From NCBI GenBank assembly GCA_963575745.1, contig CAUYUJ010000336.1, forward strand, positions 372,001 through 436,000: DNA of 64,000 nt, in the 5' to 3' direction. Each line of letters begins with the position of its first letter. Positions within the stretch are counted from its first letter, which is position 1. Both the position numbers and the translations under genes were made by a program. The notes below the pieces were generated by a model. That model searched no databases, was not told the origin of the DNA, and saw only the letters and a program-made list of their open reading frames with translations. Source of the stretch: Prorocentrum cordatum. Lineage: Eukaryota. This document shows positions 52,993 to 64,000 of this stretch, in pieces.

Positions 52993-54294
52993 GGCGCCCC
53001 TGGGCGCCTGCTCCGCGGCTGACGGGCCAGGGCGCACAGCGCGCGGGCCCGCCTCCTGCCGAGTGCGTACCGGGTGCATCGACCCCCGATCGCCCATGGA
53101 TCGCCGATAGGGGCCCATAGAGCCCGCCTCGCTCAGGAAAGTGCGGGACCGCCATCGGGGGCCGATCGCCGATCCATCGGAAATGCATCGTCGATTCAAG
53201 GTAGCTGCTTCCCTCCCTGGGCCAGATCCCGCCTACCGCCGATCCTCATCAGGGCCGAGACACGATGCACCGTACCGCGTTGGAGCGAAGCCCGAAGGGA
53301 GTCCAGGCACGATACGGTGCCCGGGCGCCGTTCTCGCAGCCCCTAGGTTGGGGGTGGGCGGGGGGGCCGTCCTCCTGGCGTGGGCCTCCGGAGGGTTTTC
53401 GGCAGAGGCTCAGCAAAAGAGGACTCAGCGAGTGCTCATCGAGGACGCCAGCGGCGCATCACTGGCCGCTCCCTAGGAGTGTGACTCACGTCTGGACGAA
53501 GGGTTGCTTGGCGACTCATGCATGCTCAGGGCGTCCTGGGTGCTTGTCGATGGGCGCATCGGAGGGTCGGTTGAGGGCACAGTGCTATGCGTGTGGTAGG
53601 GGGCCTTGGAGGCCGAGGGTCATTGGTGTTGGGTCCTCGGGAGATATGTTGAGACTCTGCAGGCTTCTGAAGGGGCCTCCTGAGGCGTCGTGGGGGCTTT
53701 TTGGGAGGCACCTCGGGGGCCTCGTGGAGAGGATTTTTGTGGCGTCTTGGGAGCCTCTTGGGGGCCTCTTGAGGGGGGCCCCCTGGGGGGCATGTTGAAG
53801 TTCTCGACGGCAATGTTTCAGGGAAAGGTCCCAAAGCCCTTCTTAGGCCCCTCTTCGGCCTCTCTTAGGATCCTCATGTGGCTCTCTTGGGTACTCGTGG
53901 GGGCATCCCGGACCGTCTTGAGGCCATCTTGGGCCTTTTTGGACCCTTGATAGGGGGACTCTTGGGTTGTCTTGGGGCGATCTCGGAGCCCTCCTGGGCT
54001 GTCTTGGAGTCATTGAGTGCTCACCTGAAGGGCTCCGCCCTCTACTTCCGGCCCCCCTGAGATCGTTTGCGTGGCCACGCTTGGTCGGTGGGCTGGTTGG
54101 TTTTCTTGGCGGCTGGCTGGCTGGCAACTCAGATGATTGGCTTGTTGTCTACCTTGGTGGTTTGCAGTTGAGTTGGGCTGTTCGTTGACTGGCTGGTTGC
54201 ACGCGACTGTAATGGTTGATCTGGCAAGGTGGCCTCGTGAGCGCGTTTCCAATGTAATTTACGAGGGTTCGCGGCTTCAGGAACGCACACCCTT

Positions 54295-54557
54295 AGCTAT
54301 CTGCTGGCATTCGACCCATCCCGCCACCGCGCCTGGGTTGTAGGTATTAAGCATAGTGGATGTTCGTTCAGATCTCGTGGGAGGCTTCTCGGGGGCATCT
54401 TGAAGGCAGTTTAGAGGCCTCTTGGGGGCCGTTTGGGGGTCTCTTGCGGCCTCTATTGGGCCTTTGGGGGCCTCCTCGGGGCCTCTTGGGGCCTCCTAGG
54501 CGCCTCTTGGGGCCTCCTGGGCTCTTGGGGCGGAAGGCTCGGATTTTCGGTTCGTGT

Positions 54558-54598
<41 letters not shown>

Positions 54599-55142
54599 TG
54601 GGCTCCTTTCGGGGCCGCCTTGGGGCCCTCTTGGGCCGTTTTGGGTCGTTCTTAGGCCGTCTTGGGGGGAGGCCTCTTGGGCCGTTTTGGGATGGTCTTC
54701 GGGGCCTCTTAGGCCGTCCTGGAGCGTCGGAAAGCCGAAAAGGCGAGAACCCCCAAATCCTTCAAAAACCAGTGGCAAATCAATGATGTTTGCCTCTTGG
54801 GAGGCCTCTTGGAGGCTTCGTGGGGCGTCTTGGAGTCTTCGTGTGCCATCTTGAGGGCATCTTGGGCGTCTTGGGCCATCTTTCGGCGTCTCGGGGCCCT
54901 CTTGGGCCGTCTTGGAGGCCGATTGGGGCCCTCTAGACCCGTCTTGGGGCCTTCTTGGGCCCGAAGAACTTGCGCGCCGCCACTTGGCAAAGCCCAGGGG
55001 ACAGTCGGGAAGCCCCGGGAGATTTGAGAGCGAGGGGCCTGGGCTCTTTCTAAATATTCTTCAGGAGTGAGGAATGAGGCTTAGAGGAGTGGGCACAGGA
55101 CCTGAGGACACGCACTCCTTGCCCAGCGGCACGGTAGCAGAT
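54295..55142 (-). mobile_element. Apparently complete non-autonomous element with asymmetric inverted repeats, inserted into a 39-bp repeat array
   Basis: ATCCCGCCACCGCGCC (54318-54333) pairs imperfectly with GGCACGGTAGCAGAT (55128-55142). GTGGCCTCG..GCG repeat units lie on both flanks. Confidence 0.55.
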
Positions 55143-56499
55143 GTTTTAGCAGTCGTGGCCTCGGGTCCAGGGCCGAATTCTCAAGACGCGACGGGAGGGC
55201 GAAAAAGCTTCCTCCGAGAACAGATCCCCAAAGAGAACATTGCAGGTGTTTGATCTGGAAGGGGCGTGGCGCTTTTAGGAAGCCCCCGTGGAGTGGTCAG
55301 TGGCCTCTGAAACGCGAGTTCGCCGAGATTTAATGCGAATTGTGGCCTCGGGCACGCGAATCCATTGTAATTTGCAAGGGGCTAGCCAGGAGAGCTCGAA
55401 CTCGTTGGAATTTAGTGGGGCCTGTAGCTTCGGAACCGCGGACGCGCCATAGTTTTCGTAAAATTATGGCCTCAGGAGTGCGAACCAGTTGAATTCACAA
55501 GGCATCGTAGCATCCGTAGCGCGAATGTGCCGTAATGTGCAGGGAATTGTGGATTCGAACGCGAAGCAATAGTAATTTACGATGGGTTGTGACCTTGGGG
55601 TCGCAACTTTCTTGTACATTACCAGAGGTTGTGACAGTCGTTCGCTCCCGGGGACGTCTCGCGCGTCGCTCGTGACCGCTGGTGCGCGAGTTTGTATGAA
55701 TTGCATGGCGTTGATCATCTGATGATGCTGTAATTTGCAAGGCAGTGTTGTGGCCTCGGGAACGCGGGAGGGCCGTGATCTTCGATTCAAGGGACAAACA
55801 AACACGATGAACTAGACGTTGTCTTGTGTTTTTGCCAGGCCCCACTCGAGAAAAACAGTCAGACTGGGTTTTACGTCGCACGTCGGCCATCTCAGCGTCT
55901 GCCCAAGTCGCCCCCGACCTGCGTGCAACCCGAGAGGCGCCAAGCAGCACTGGCAGGTCGCGGGAACGGGCAAGCGCGCGAGTGCCCGCCCAGCCTTGGC
56001 GGCGACTCCCGAGGGCCCGATCGGGCAGGGCCCTCTGGGCTGACCGACACCCTGAAATCTTCATACTAAGGTTTTGCGTCATTGGTGCGTTTGCTCAGGG
56101 TATAGACTTTTCTGGCCCTCGCGGGGCCCGGGGTAATTCTTCGACCAGTGTCGCGTTTTGAGGGGTCGGGGGCCGTTCGGAAGTCGTCGTTCGGGCGCCC
56201 GCGCCCATCGCGGCCGTCGCGAACGTCCTGCGCCCATCATCCGGGAGGTGGCGAGAGACGTGTCGATTCCGCCGAATATGGACTCGCAGAACACTTCTCC
56301 GAGGGAGCCATCGACGGCGCTGACAAGCCAGCGGGGCCGCTGGCCCCGAGGCGAGCCCTCCACTAGCGTTGGCACTGGAGGTCCGCGAGGTGGGAAGGGT
56401 GGGACCACGCTATAAAAAAAAACATCCTTGCGAGGAATCCCAACCATATGCAGTTGTGAGTACCCTCGATGCAGGTATCGCCTTCGGGGGATCTCCTCA

Positions 56500-57791
56500 C
56501 GGGGCCATGAAGCATGCGGAGGGTGTGCCGATGTGGGGCGGGGCCGCCATGTAGGCGCTGCCACTGGTGCTTTGGGCGGACCGCGCTACGGGGAAGTGTG
56601 ACGGGTGCGCCGCAGTGGGGCGGAGCCGCCACGGGCCTTCGGTGGAGCTCCCTATGGGGCAACGAAACATTGTAATGGGTGGGGAACGCATGCGAGTACA
56701 GCCACCAGGGCCTTCGGTGCAGCTCCACATGAGGCCACGAAGCTTTGTGCTGGATGGGGGGAGCGCATGCGAACGCCGCCACTGAGGCCTTCGTTGGAGC
56801 TCCCTATGGGGCCACGAAGAGCTGCACTGGGTGGGGGTGACGCATGCGAGTGCAGTGGGTTGAGCTCCCTATGGGGCCACGAAGCGTTGTACTGGGTGGG
56901 CGTGACGCATGCGGCCGGTGCCAGTGGAGTCTTCGGTGGAGCTTCTTGTGGGGCCACGAAACGCTGTATTGGGTGTCGGGGAACGCATGCAGGCGGTGCC
57001 ACTGGGGCCTTCGGTGGAGCTCTCTATGGGGCCACGAAGCGCTGCACTGGGTGGGGGTGACGCATGCGGGCGGTGCCGCTGGGGCCTTCGGTGGAGCTCC
57101 CTATGGGGCCACGAAACGCTGCACTGGGTGGGGGTGACGCATGCGGGCGGTGCCACTGGGGCCTTCGGTGGAGCTCCCTATGGGGCCACGAAACGCTGCA
57201 CTGGGTGGGGGATGACGCATGCAGGCGGTGCCACTGTGGCCTTCGGTGGAGCTCCCTATGGGACCACGAAGCGCTGCACTGGGTGGGATGATGCATGCGG
57301 GCGGAGCTACTGGGGCCTTCGGTGGAGCTCCCTATGGGGCCACGAAATGCTGTATTGGGTGGTGGATGACGCATGCAGGCCGTGCCGCTGGGGCCTTCGG
57401 TGAGCTCCCTATGGGTCCACGAAACACTGTACTGGGTGGGGGTGACGCATGCGGGCGGTGTCGCTGGGGCCTTCGGTGGAGCTCCCTATGGGGCCACGAG
57501 ACGCTGTACTGGGTGGGGGGTGACGCATGCGGGCGGTGTCGCTGGGGCCTTCGGTGGCCGATGGGGCCAAGAAACATGTGAGGGGTGTGCTGAAATGAGT
57601 GTGGGTGACGCATGCGGGTGGTGCCACTGGGGCCTTCGGTGAAGATCCCTATGGGGCCACGGAACGCTGTACTGGGTGGGTGAAACGCAGCGAGGACGGA
57701 GGAGGGGGAGGAGGACAGAGGCGGGAGAAGCAGAACGCGGGGCGCCGTCTTTTCAAAAGAAGGACCCAGCACCACAGGATGGTTAGGAAAA
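56500..57791 (+). repeat. ~77-bp minisatellite element, inverted relative of 34111-35220
   Basis: Units CCACTGGGGCCTTCGGTGGAGCTCCCTATGGGGCCACGAA. Terminus TTCAAAAGAAGGACCCAGCACCACAGGATGGTTAGGAA at about 57752-57790. Confidence 0.85.
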
Positions 57792-57904
57792 ACGAACAAG
57801 TTGATTCGAACTCGCTTTCTGCCAGATTAACGAGGGAGGCCTCGGGAACGCGAGCGCGTCGTGATTTACGATAATGAGTTGTGGCCTAGAGAGCGTGAGT
57901 CCAT

Positions 57905-60268
57905 ACTTATTCACTGCGGCATGGACCTGTCCGCCGTGAATGTCTAGGCGCAAGAGCTTTCGAACATACACGGGCTTCAGTTGTGACGGTTTGGACATGA
58001 ATCTAAGTGCGAACGAATCGGAGTGTGAATGAGCCTCAGTAGTACGAGCGCGTCTCTGCGCATGAGCCTGGGGCCTCCTGGGGCCTCCTGAAACCTACTG
58101 GGGCTTCCTGGGGTCTCCAGGAGCCTCTTGGGGCCTCCTGGGACCTCCTAGGGAGGTGTCGTGCCCCAGGAGAGGCCCAATCTATAGCAACATACGTACA
58201 TAAAACATTGCGGATTAGAGCCACAGGAGAATGGCAATCTATAGGAACACACGTCAAGCATCACGGGTTCGTGCCCCACGAGAGGCCCGATATATAGGAA
58301 CATAAGTAAAACATGTAGGCGCGTGCACACAGGGGGGGTATATAGAACCATACGTAAAACATCAAGGAATCGTGTTCCAGGTCAGGCCCAATCGATAGGA
58401 GTACACGTAAAACACATGGGATTGGAGCCACTCCTGCTGCCTTCTGCGGTCTCCTGCTCCTGGGCCTCTCGGGGCCTCCTGTTGCCTTCCGAGGCCTCCT
58501 GGCGCTTCCTGTTGCCTCCTGGGGCCTCATGTGGCTTCCTGAGGCCTTCTGGAGCTTCCTGGAGCCTCTTGGGACATCCTGTGGCCTCTTGAGTCTTTAT
58601 GTGGCCTCATGATGCCTCCTGGGACCTCATGTGGTCTCCGTGGGCCTCCTGGAGCCTGTTTGAGCCTCTTGTGGCAGCCTGAGAAGAATCTGCGCCCACG
58701 AGCCTGGCCACCAAAGCAGGCACACCGATCGAGAAATCCTCAAAGTCTGGCCCACCTGGGGGGTGGAAATGAGCGCCGCGCTCGAGACATCCTCCAAATC
58801 TGCTCCGACAGCGAAGGATGTTGGGACAGAAACCATGCACACCGCTTGAGACATCCCCGCAAAACGGCCGCGAACGGGACCGTGCAATACCCCATCGGCG
58901 GCTCCATTTAGGGACGTGACAATGAGCGCCTCGCTCAGGCAAACCGCTTGAGACATTCCTACAACACGGCCGCGAACGGGACCGTGCAATACCCCTCGGC
59001 GGCTCCCCTTAGGGACGTGACAATGCGCGTCTCGCTCGAGACATCCTCCAAATCTGCCCCGAAAGCGACGGGTGCTGGGGCAGAAACTATGCAAACCGCT
59101 TGATACATCCACACAACACGGCCGCGAACGGGACCGTGCAATACCCCATCGGCGGCTCCCCTTAGGGACGTGACAATGAGCGGGACGTGAAAGTGAGCGC
59201 CTCGTTCGAGACATCCTCCACAGCTGCTCCGAAAGCGAAGGATGTTGGGACAGACAACAGGCAAACCGCTTGAGGCATCCCCACAAAACGGCCGCGGACG
59301 GGGCGTGCGTGAGTCCCAGCATGAGTAAGTCTGAGTAGGAGTAGGCCTGAATATGAGCAGGTCTGAGTATGAGTAATGTTGTGTGTGAGTAAATCTGGGC
59401 ATGAGTAAGTCTGAGTGCGAGTCAGCCTGTGTACGAGTAAGTCTAAGCATGAGGAAGAGAGGAAACAAAGGGAGACGGAGGAGAAGTCGGCGGTGTCCAA
59501 GAAATTACTCGACGCGGGGCTCCCCATATGTGCATCTCATTCTCTTGGTACGTCTTTCTATTGATATCTGTCAATGAGCGCCTGTGTGCGAGGGCGAACC
59601 GCTCGCTCGAGACATTCCCACAGTCTGCAAGCATGAGTGCGACCAATAGCAAATCAGAGAGCGACTGATTCTGAGTGTGAGTTAATATGGGTGCGAGTGA
59701 GCCTGGGTGTGAGTGGGTATGCGTGTGAGTAAATAGGAGTGCAAGTGCGTCTGTGTGCGAGTGGGTCTGAGTATGGACGAATCTGAGTGTGAGCCAGTTT
59801 GTGATTGAGCGGATCGTAGCATGATGAGTCTGAGCATGAGTGAGTCTGGGCTTGAGTGGGTCTGAGTGTGAGAAAAAGTGTGTTAATGAATCTGAGTGCG
59901 AGTGAGCCGAGTGTGATTGGGTATGGATGTGAGGCAGTCTGAGTGTGAGTCGGTCTGCGTTTGAGCGGACCGAAGGATGATGAGTCTGAGCAGGAGCGAG
60001 TCTGAGTATGAGTGGTTCTGAGCGTGAGTCTGAGTGTGAGTAAGTTTAAGTATGGATATGAGCGAGTCTAAGTGCGAGTGAGCCTGCGTGTGACTGAGTC
60101 TGAGTATGAGTGAGTATGAATGCAGAAGAGTGAAGGAGAGCGGAGAGCGAAGGAGAGTGAGGCGGAAGCGTTTGAGTAAAACCTAAAGCCTTGGAACATC
60201 GAACCTCGATCGTCTGGCCCTGGCTACTCGAGTTGCCCACGTCCTCCTCCTCCTCCTCCTCCTCCTCC

Positions 60269-60299
<31 letters not shown>

Positions 60300-63005
60300 T
60301 CCTTCCTGCTTCTGCTCCTACCGTGTTCATGCTGTCCTCCTTCTCCTCCTCCTCCTCCTCCTCGTCCTCTTCCTCCTCCTCCTCGCTTCCTCCTTCTCTT
60401 CCTCCTCCTCCTCCTCCTCCTCCTCCTCCTCCTCCTCCTCCTCCTCCTCCTGGGAGTGCTGAAACCAGCAAATCGCCTGAGACATCCTCCCAAAACTGCT
60501 CCGAAAACGACAGATGCCCAGCATCATAACGGCCCAACCGCCTGAGACATCCCCGCAAATTGGGCGCGAACGTCCTCCAAATCTGCTCCGAAAGCGAAGC
60601 ATGCTGGAAGAGAAAATGGCCAAACCGCTTGAGACATCCCCACGACATCCCGCGAAAGGGGCCGAGTGAAATACCCCCCCGCCGCTCCCCTTAGAGAGTG
60701 CTGACACCAGCGAATCGCCTGAGACATCCTCCAAATCTGCTCCGAAAACGAAGGATGTTGGCACAGAAAACAGGCAAACCGCTCGAGACATCCCCACGAC
60801 ATCCCGCGAAAGGGGCCGAGTGAAATACCCCCCCGCCGCTCCCCTTAGAGAGTGCTGAAACCAGCGAATCGCCTGAGACATCCTCCAAATCTGCTCCGAA
60901 AGCGAAGGATGTTGGAAGAGAAAATGGCCAAACCAAACCGCCTGAGACATCCCCACAAAATCCTCCGAAAGGGGCCGAGTGCAATACCCCCCGGCCGCTC
61001 CCCTTCGGAGTGCTGAAGCCACAGAATCGCCTGAGACATCCTCAACATCAGTGTGTGTGAGTCATCCGATGAGTGGACCTGAGTGAGTGTAGTGAATGCA
61101 TGAGTACAAGTACGAGTGAGTCTGAGTGATGAGTGAGTCTGAGTGATGAGTGAGTCTGAGTGATGAGGGAGTCTGAGTGAAGAGTGATGAGTCTGAGTCA
61201 TGACTGAGTCCGAGTGATGAGTGAGTCTGAGTGATGAGTGAGTCTGAGTGATGAGTGGGTCTGAGTGATGAGTGAGTCTGAGTGATGAGTGAGTGGGTCT
61301 GAGTGAGAGGAGGTGAGGTGGTGTTCTGTTCTCTCTCTGTTCCTCCGGCGCGGTCCGCCAATAATTATTCACTGCGTGGAGCTCCCCATATGTGCATCTA
61401 TTCGCATGGACCTGTCCGCCGTGAATGTCTAGGCGCAAGAGCTGTCGAATATACACGGGCGTCAGTTGTGACGGTCTGGACATATCCAATTGCGAATGAA
61501 TTGGAGTGTGAATGAGCCTCAGTAGTACGAGCGCGTCTTCGTGCATCAACCTGGGGCCTCCTGGGGCCTCCTGAAACCTACTGGTGCTTCCTGGGGTCTC
61601 CAGGAGCCTCTTGGGGCCTCCTGGGACCTCCTAGGGAGGTGTCGTGCCCCAGGAGAGACCCAATCTATAGCAACAGACGTACATAAAACATTGCGGATTA
61701 GAGCCACAGGAGAAGGGCAATCTATAGGAACACGCGTAAACACCAAGGACTCGTGCCCCAGGAGAGGCCCAAAATATAGGAACATAAGTAAAAACATGTA
61801 GGATTGTGTACACAGGAGAAGGACAATCTATAGAAACATACGTATAACATCAAAGAGTCGTGCTCCAGGTGAGGCCCAATCGATAGGAGCATACGTAAAA
61901 CACATGGGATTGGAGCCACTCCTGTTGCCTTTGAGGCCTCCTGCTCCTGGGGCCTCTCGGGGCCTCCTGTTGCCTTCCGAGGCCTCCTGGCGCTTCCTGT
62001 TGCCTCCTGAGGCCTCCTCTGGTTTCCTGAGGCCTTCTGGAGCTTCCTGGAGCCTCCTGAAGCTTCTTGGGACATCCTGTGGCCTCTTGAGTCTTTCTGT
62101 GGCCTCCTGATGCCTCCTGGGACCTCATGTGGTCTCCTGGGGCCTCCTGGAGCCTGTTGGAGCCTCCTGTGGCATCCTGAGAAGAATCTGCGCCCACGAG
62201 CCTGGCCACCAAAACAAGCAAACCGATCGAGACATCCTCAACATCTGGCCCACCTGGGGGGTGAAAATGAGCGCCTCGCTCGAGACATCCTCCAAATCTG
62301 CTCCGAAAGCGAAGGATGGTGGCACAGAAAACAGGCAAACCGCTTGAGACATCCCCACAAAATCCCGCGAAAGGGGCCGAGTGCAATTACCCCTCGGCCG
62401 TTCCCCTTAGGAACGTGAAAAGGAGCGCCTCGCTCGAGACATCCTCCAAATCTGCTCCGAAAGCGAAGGATGTTGGGACAGAAAACAAGCACACCGCTCG
62501 AGACATCCCGACAAAATCCCGCGAAAGGGGCCGAGTGCAATACCCCCCGGCCGCTCCCCTTAGGAACGTGAAAAGGAGCGCCTCGCTCGAGACATCCTCC
62601 AAATCTGCTCCGAAAGCGAAGGATGTTGGGACAGAAAACAGGCAAACCGCTCGAGACATCCCCACAAAATTCCGCGAACGGGACCGAGTGAGATACCCCT
62701 CCGCCGCTCCCCTTAGAGTGCTGAGACGAGCGAATCGCCTGAGACATCCTGAACATCAGTGTGTGTGTGTGTGTGAGTCATCCGATGAGTGGACCTGAGT
62801 GAGTGTAGTGAATGTATGAGTACAAGTACGAGTGAGTCTGAGTGATGAGTGAGTCTGAGTGATGAGTGAGTCTGAGTGATGAGTGAGTCTGAGTGATGAG
62901 TGATGAGTCTGAGTCATGACTGAGTCCGAGTGATGAGTGAGTCTGAGTGATGAGTGAGTCAGAGGAGGTGAGGGTGTTCCTGTGTTCCTCCGGCGCGGTC
63001 CGCCA
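57905..63005 (+). repeat. Complex local duplication of GGCCTCCT blocks, GAGACATCC ~120-bp units and TGAGTCTGAG microsatellites
   Basis: 57905-58870 resembles 61365-62370, and 60900-61365 resembles 62590-63007. Confidence 0.85.
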
Positions 63006-63956
63006 ATAACAAGAACCCCATACTTAGGATATAGGGAACAAGAACCCCATCTCTTTGGATATGGGGAATAACAAGAACCCCATCTTAGGAGATGGGGATA
63101 ATTTGCTAAGGATGGCGGCCTCACATATCTATCGGACTTGGGAATTGGAACTGTTGCAGGGCGCAGGACAGCCTAGTCTTCGCAGCCTGCTAGCCCCACC
63201 CAAAGGGGGCCCGCAGATTCACGCGGTCCTTCGAGGGAGTCCCATGTCCTCCAGGTCTTGGCCCTGTGCCTAACGGGCCATGAGGGAGGGGGCGAGGAGG
63301 GAGGTGTAGGAACAACAGTGTCCGCGACTGTTCGATCGGCTGCGTCGCGATCGGTTGCGGCTGCAATTGGTCAGTTCGATTCGGGCCGGTTGTTGCGATG
63401 TGCGATGTTGCGATGTTGCGTCGTGTCAAGAAGACTACACTATTATGTGATTTCAGATTACTTGATGTGATATGGGGGAGAACGCTGCTTCGACAACTGC
63501 TTCGCCTCTGAGCGCTGCGGCGCTTTCTACCCACGCTGCTACGAGCGCGGCTTGGCGCGACGCAAGTGTCCTGTCCTGTCCTGTCCAGTGTCGGTCTGTC
63601 GGTTTCGTTCGGTTCAGTTTCGATATCGGGTCGGTCGGGTTTCGATCATTGTCGCCGTGGGTCGTGGGCGCCTATGAACAGGGGGATGGGGAGGAGCGGG
63701 TGGAATTAGGTGTTGGACCTTGTTGGTTGGGGAGATTTTCTGTGGCCTTTGGAGACTTCTGTTGACCTCCGGAGATTTCGAGTGACCTTCGGAGACCTTC
63801 GGAGGCCCTACAGGAGGATGAGGAGGAGGATGAAGAACGCGGAAGTGTTTTCAGGGTGGAAGGTTGGTTGGGACGACTTAGAGGATCCAGGAGACGCCTA
63901 CAGATTTGCCTCCCTGCCTTCCTACTCTTCCGTATTCCACCCTCTTCCCTCTCTTT

Positions 63957-63989
63957 CCGAGCCGTTTTGGCTCGAGCCATGGGCTCAAG
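63957..63989 (+). promoter_or_regulatory. Tandem relict dinoflagellate spliced-leader sequences and probable trans-splice acceptor of a downstream gene
   Basis: CCGAG-CCGTTTTGGCTCGAG-CCATGGGCTCAAG compared with DinoSL DCCGTAGCCATTTTGGCTCAAG. It is preceded by a pyrimidine-rich tract (about 63905-63958). Confidence 0.8.
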
Positions 63990-64000
63990 AGTCTGACCAC

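Overview
This is a GC-rich, repeat-saturated eukaryotic window, almost certainly dinoflagellate nuclear DNA. The evidence is a relict dinoflagellate spliced leader, a dinoflagellate-type U6 fragment and mostly GC-AG introns; Prorocentrum-like is my inference. Nearly all supplied ORFs are artefacts of microsatellites and satellites. The one real host gene is invisible in the ORF track. Seven small phase-compatible + strand exons (2659-52992, 490 coding nt over about 50 kb) splice into the C-terminal ~163 aa of an NTF2/SnoaL-like (DUF2358-like) protein with a Tat-like signal; its start lies in an exon I could not find. The introns contain two decayed non-LTR retrotransposons, a possible decayed KDZ/CxC-type transposase, a 3'-truncated U6 retrocopy with a 16-bp target-site duplication, a ~7-kb higher-order satellite and a 1.8-kb (CTA)n tract. 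They also hold several families of non-coding elements with terminal hairpins and asymmetric inverted repeats, matching Helitron2/Helentron-like rolling-circle architecture. One of these sits in a LINE without a target-site duplication, and removing it restores the RT reading frame. Tandem relict spliced leaders at the right edge mark the start of a probable downstream retrogene. All family assignments are by eye and from recalled motifs; no database search was run.
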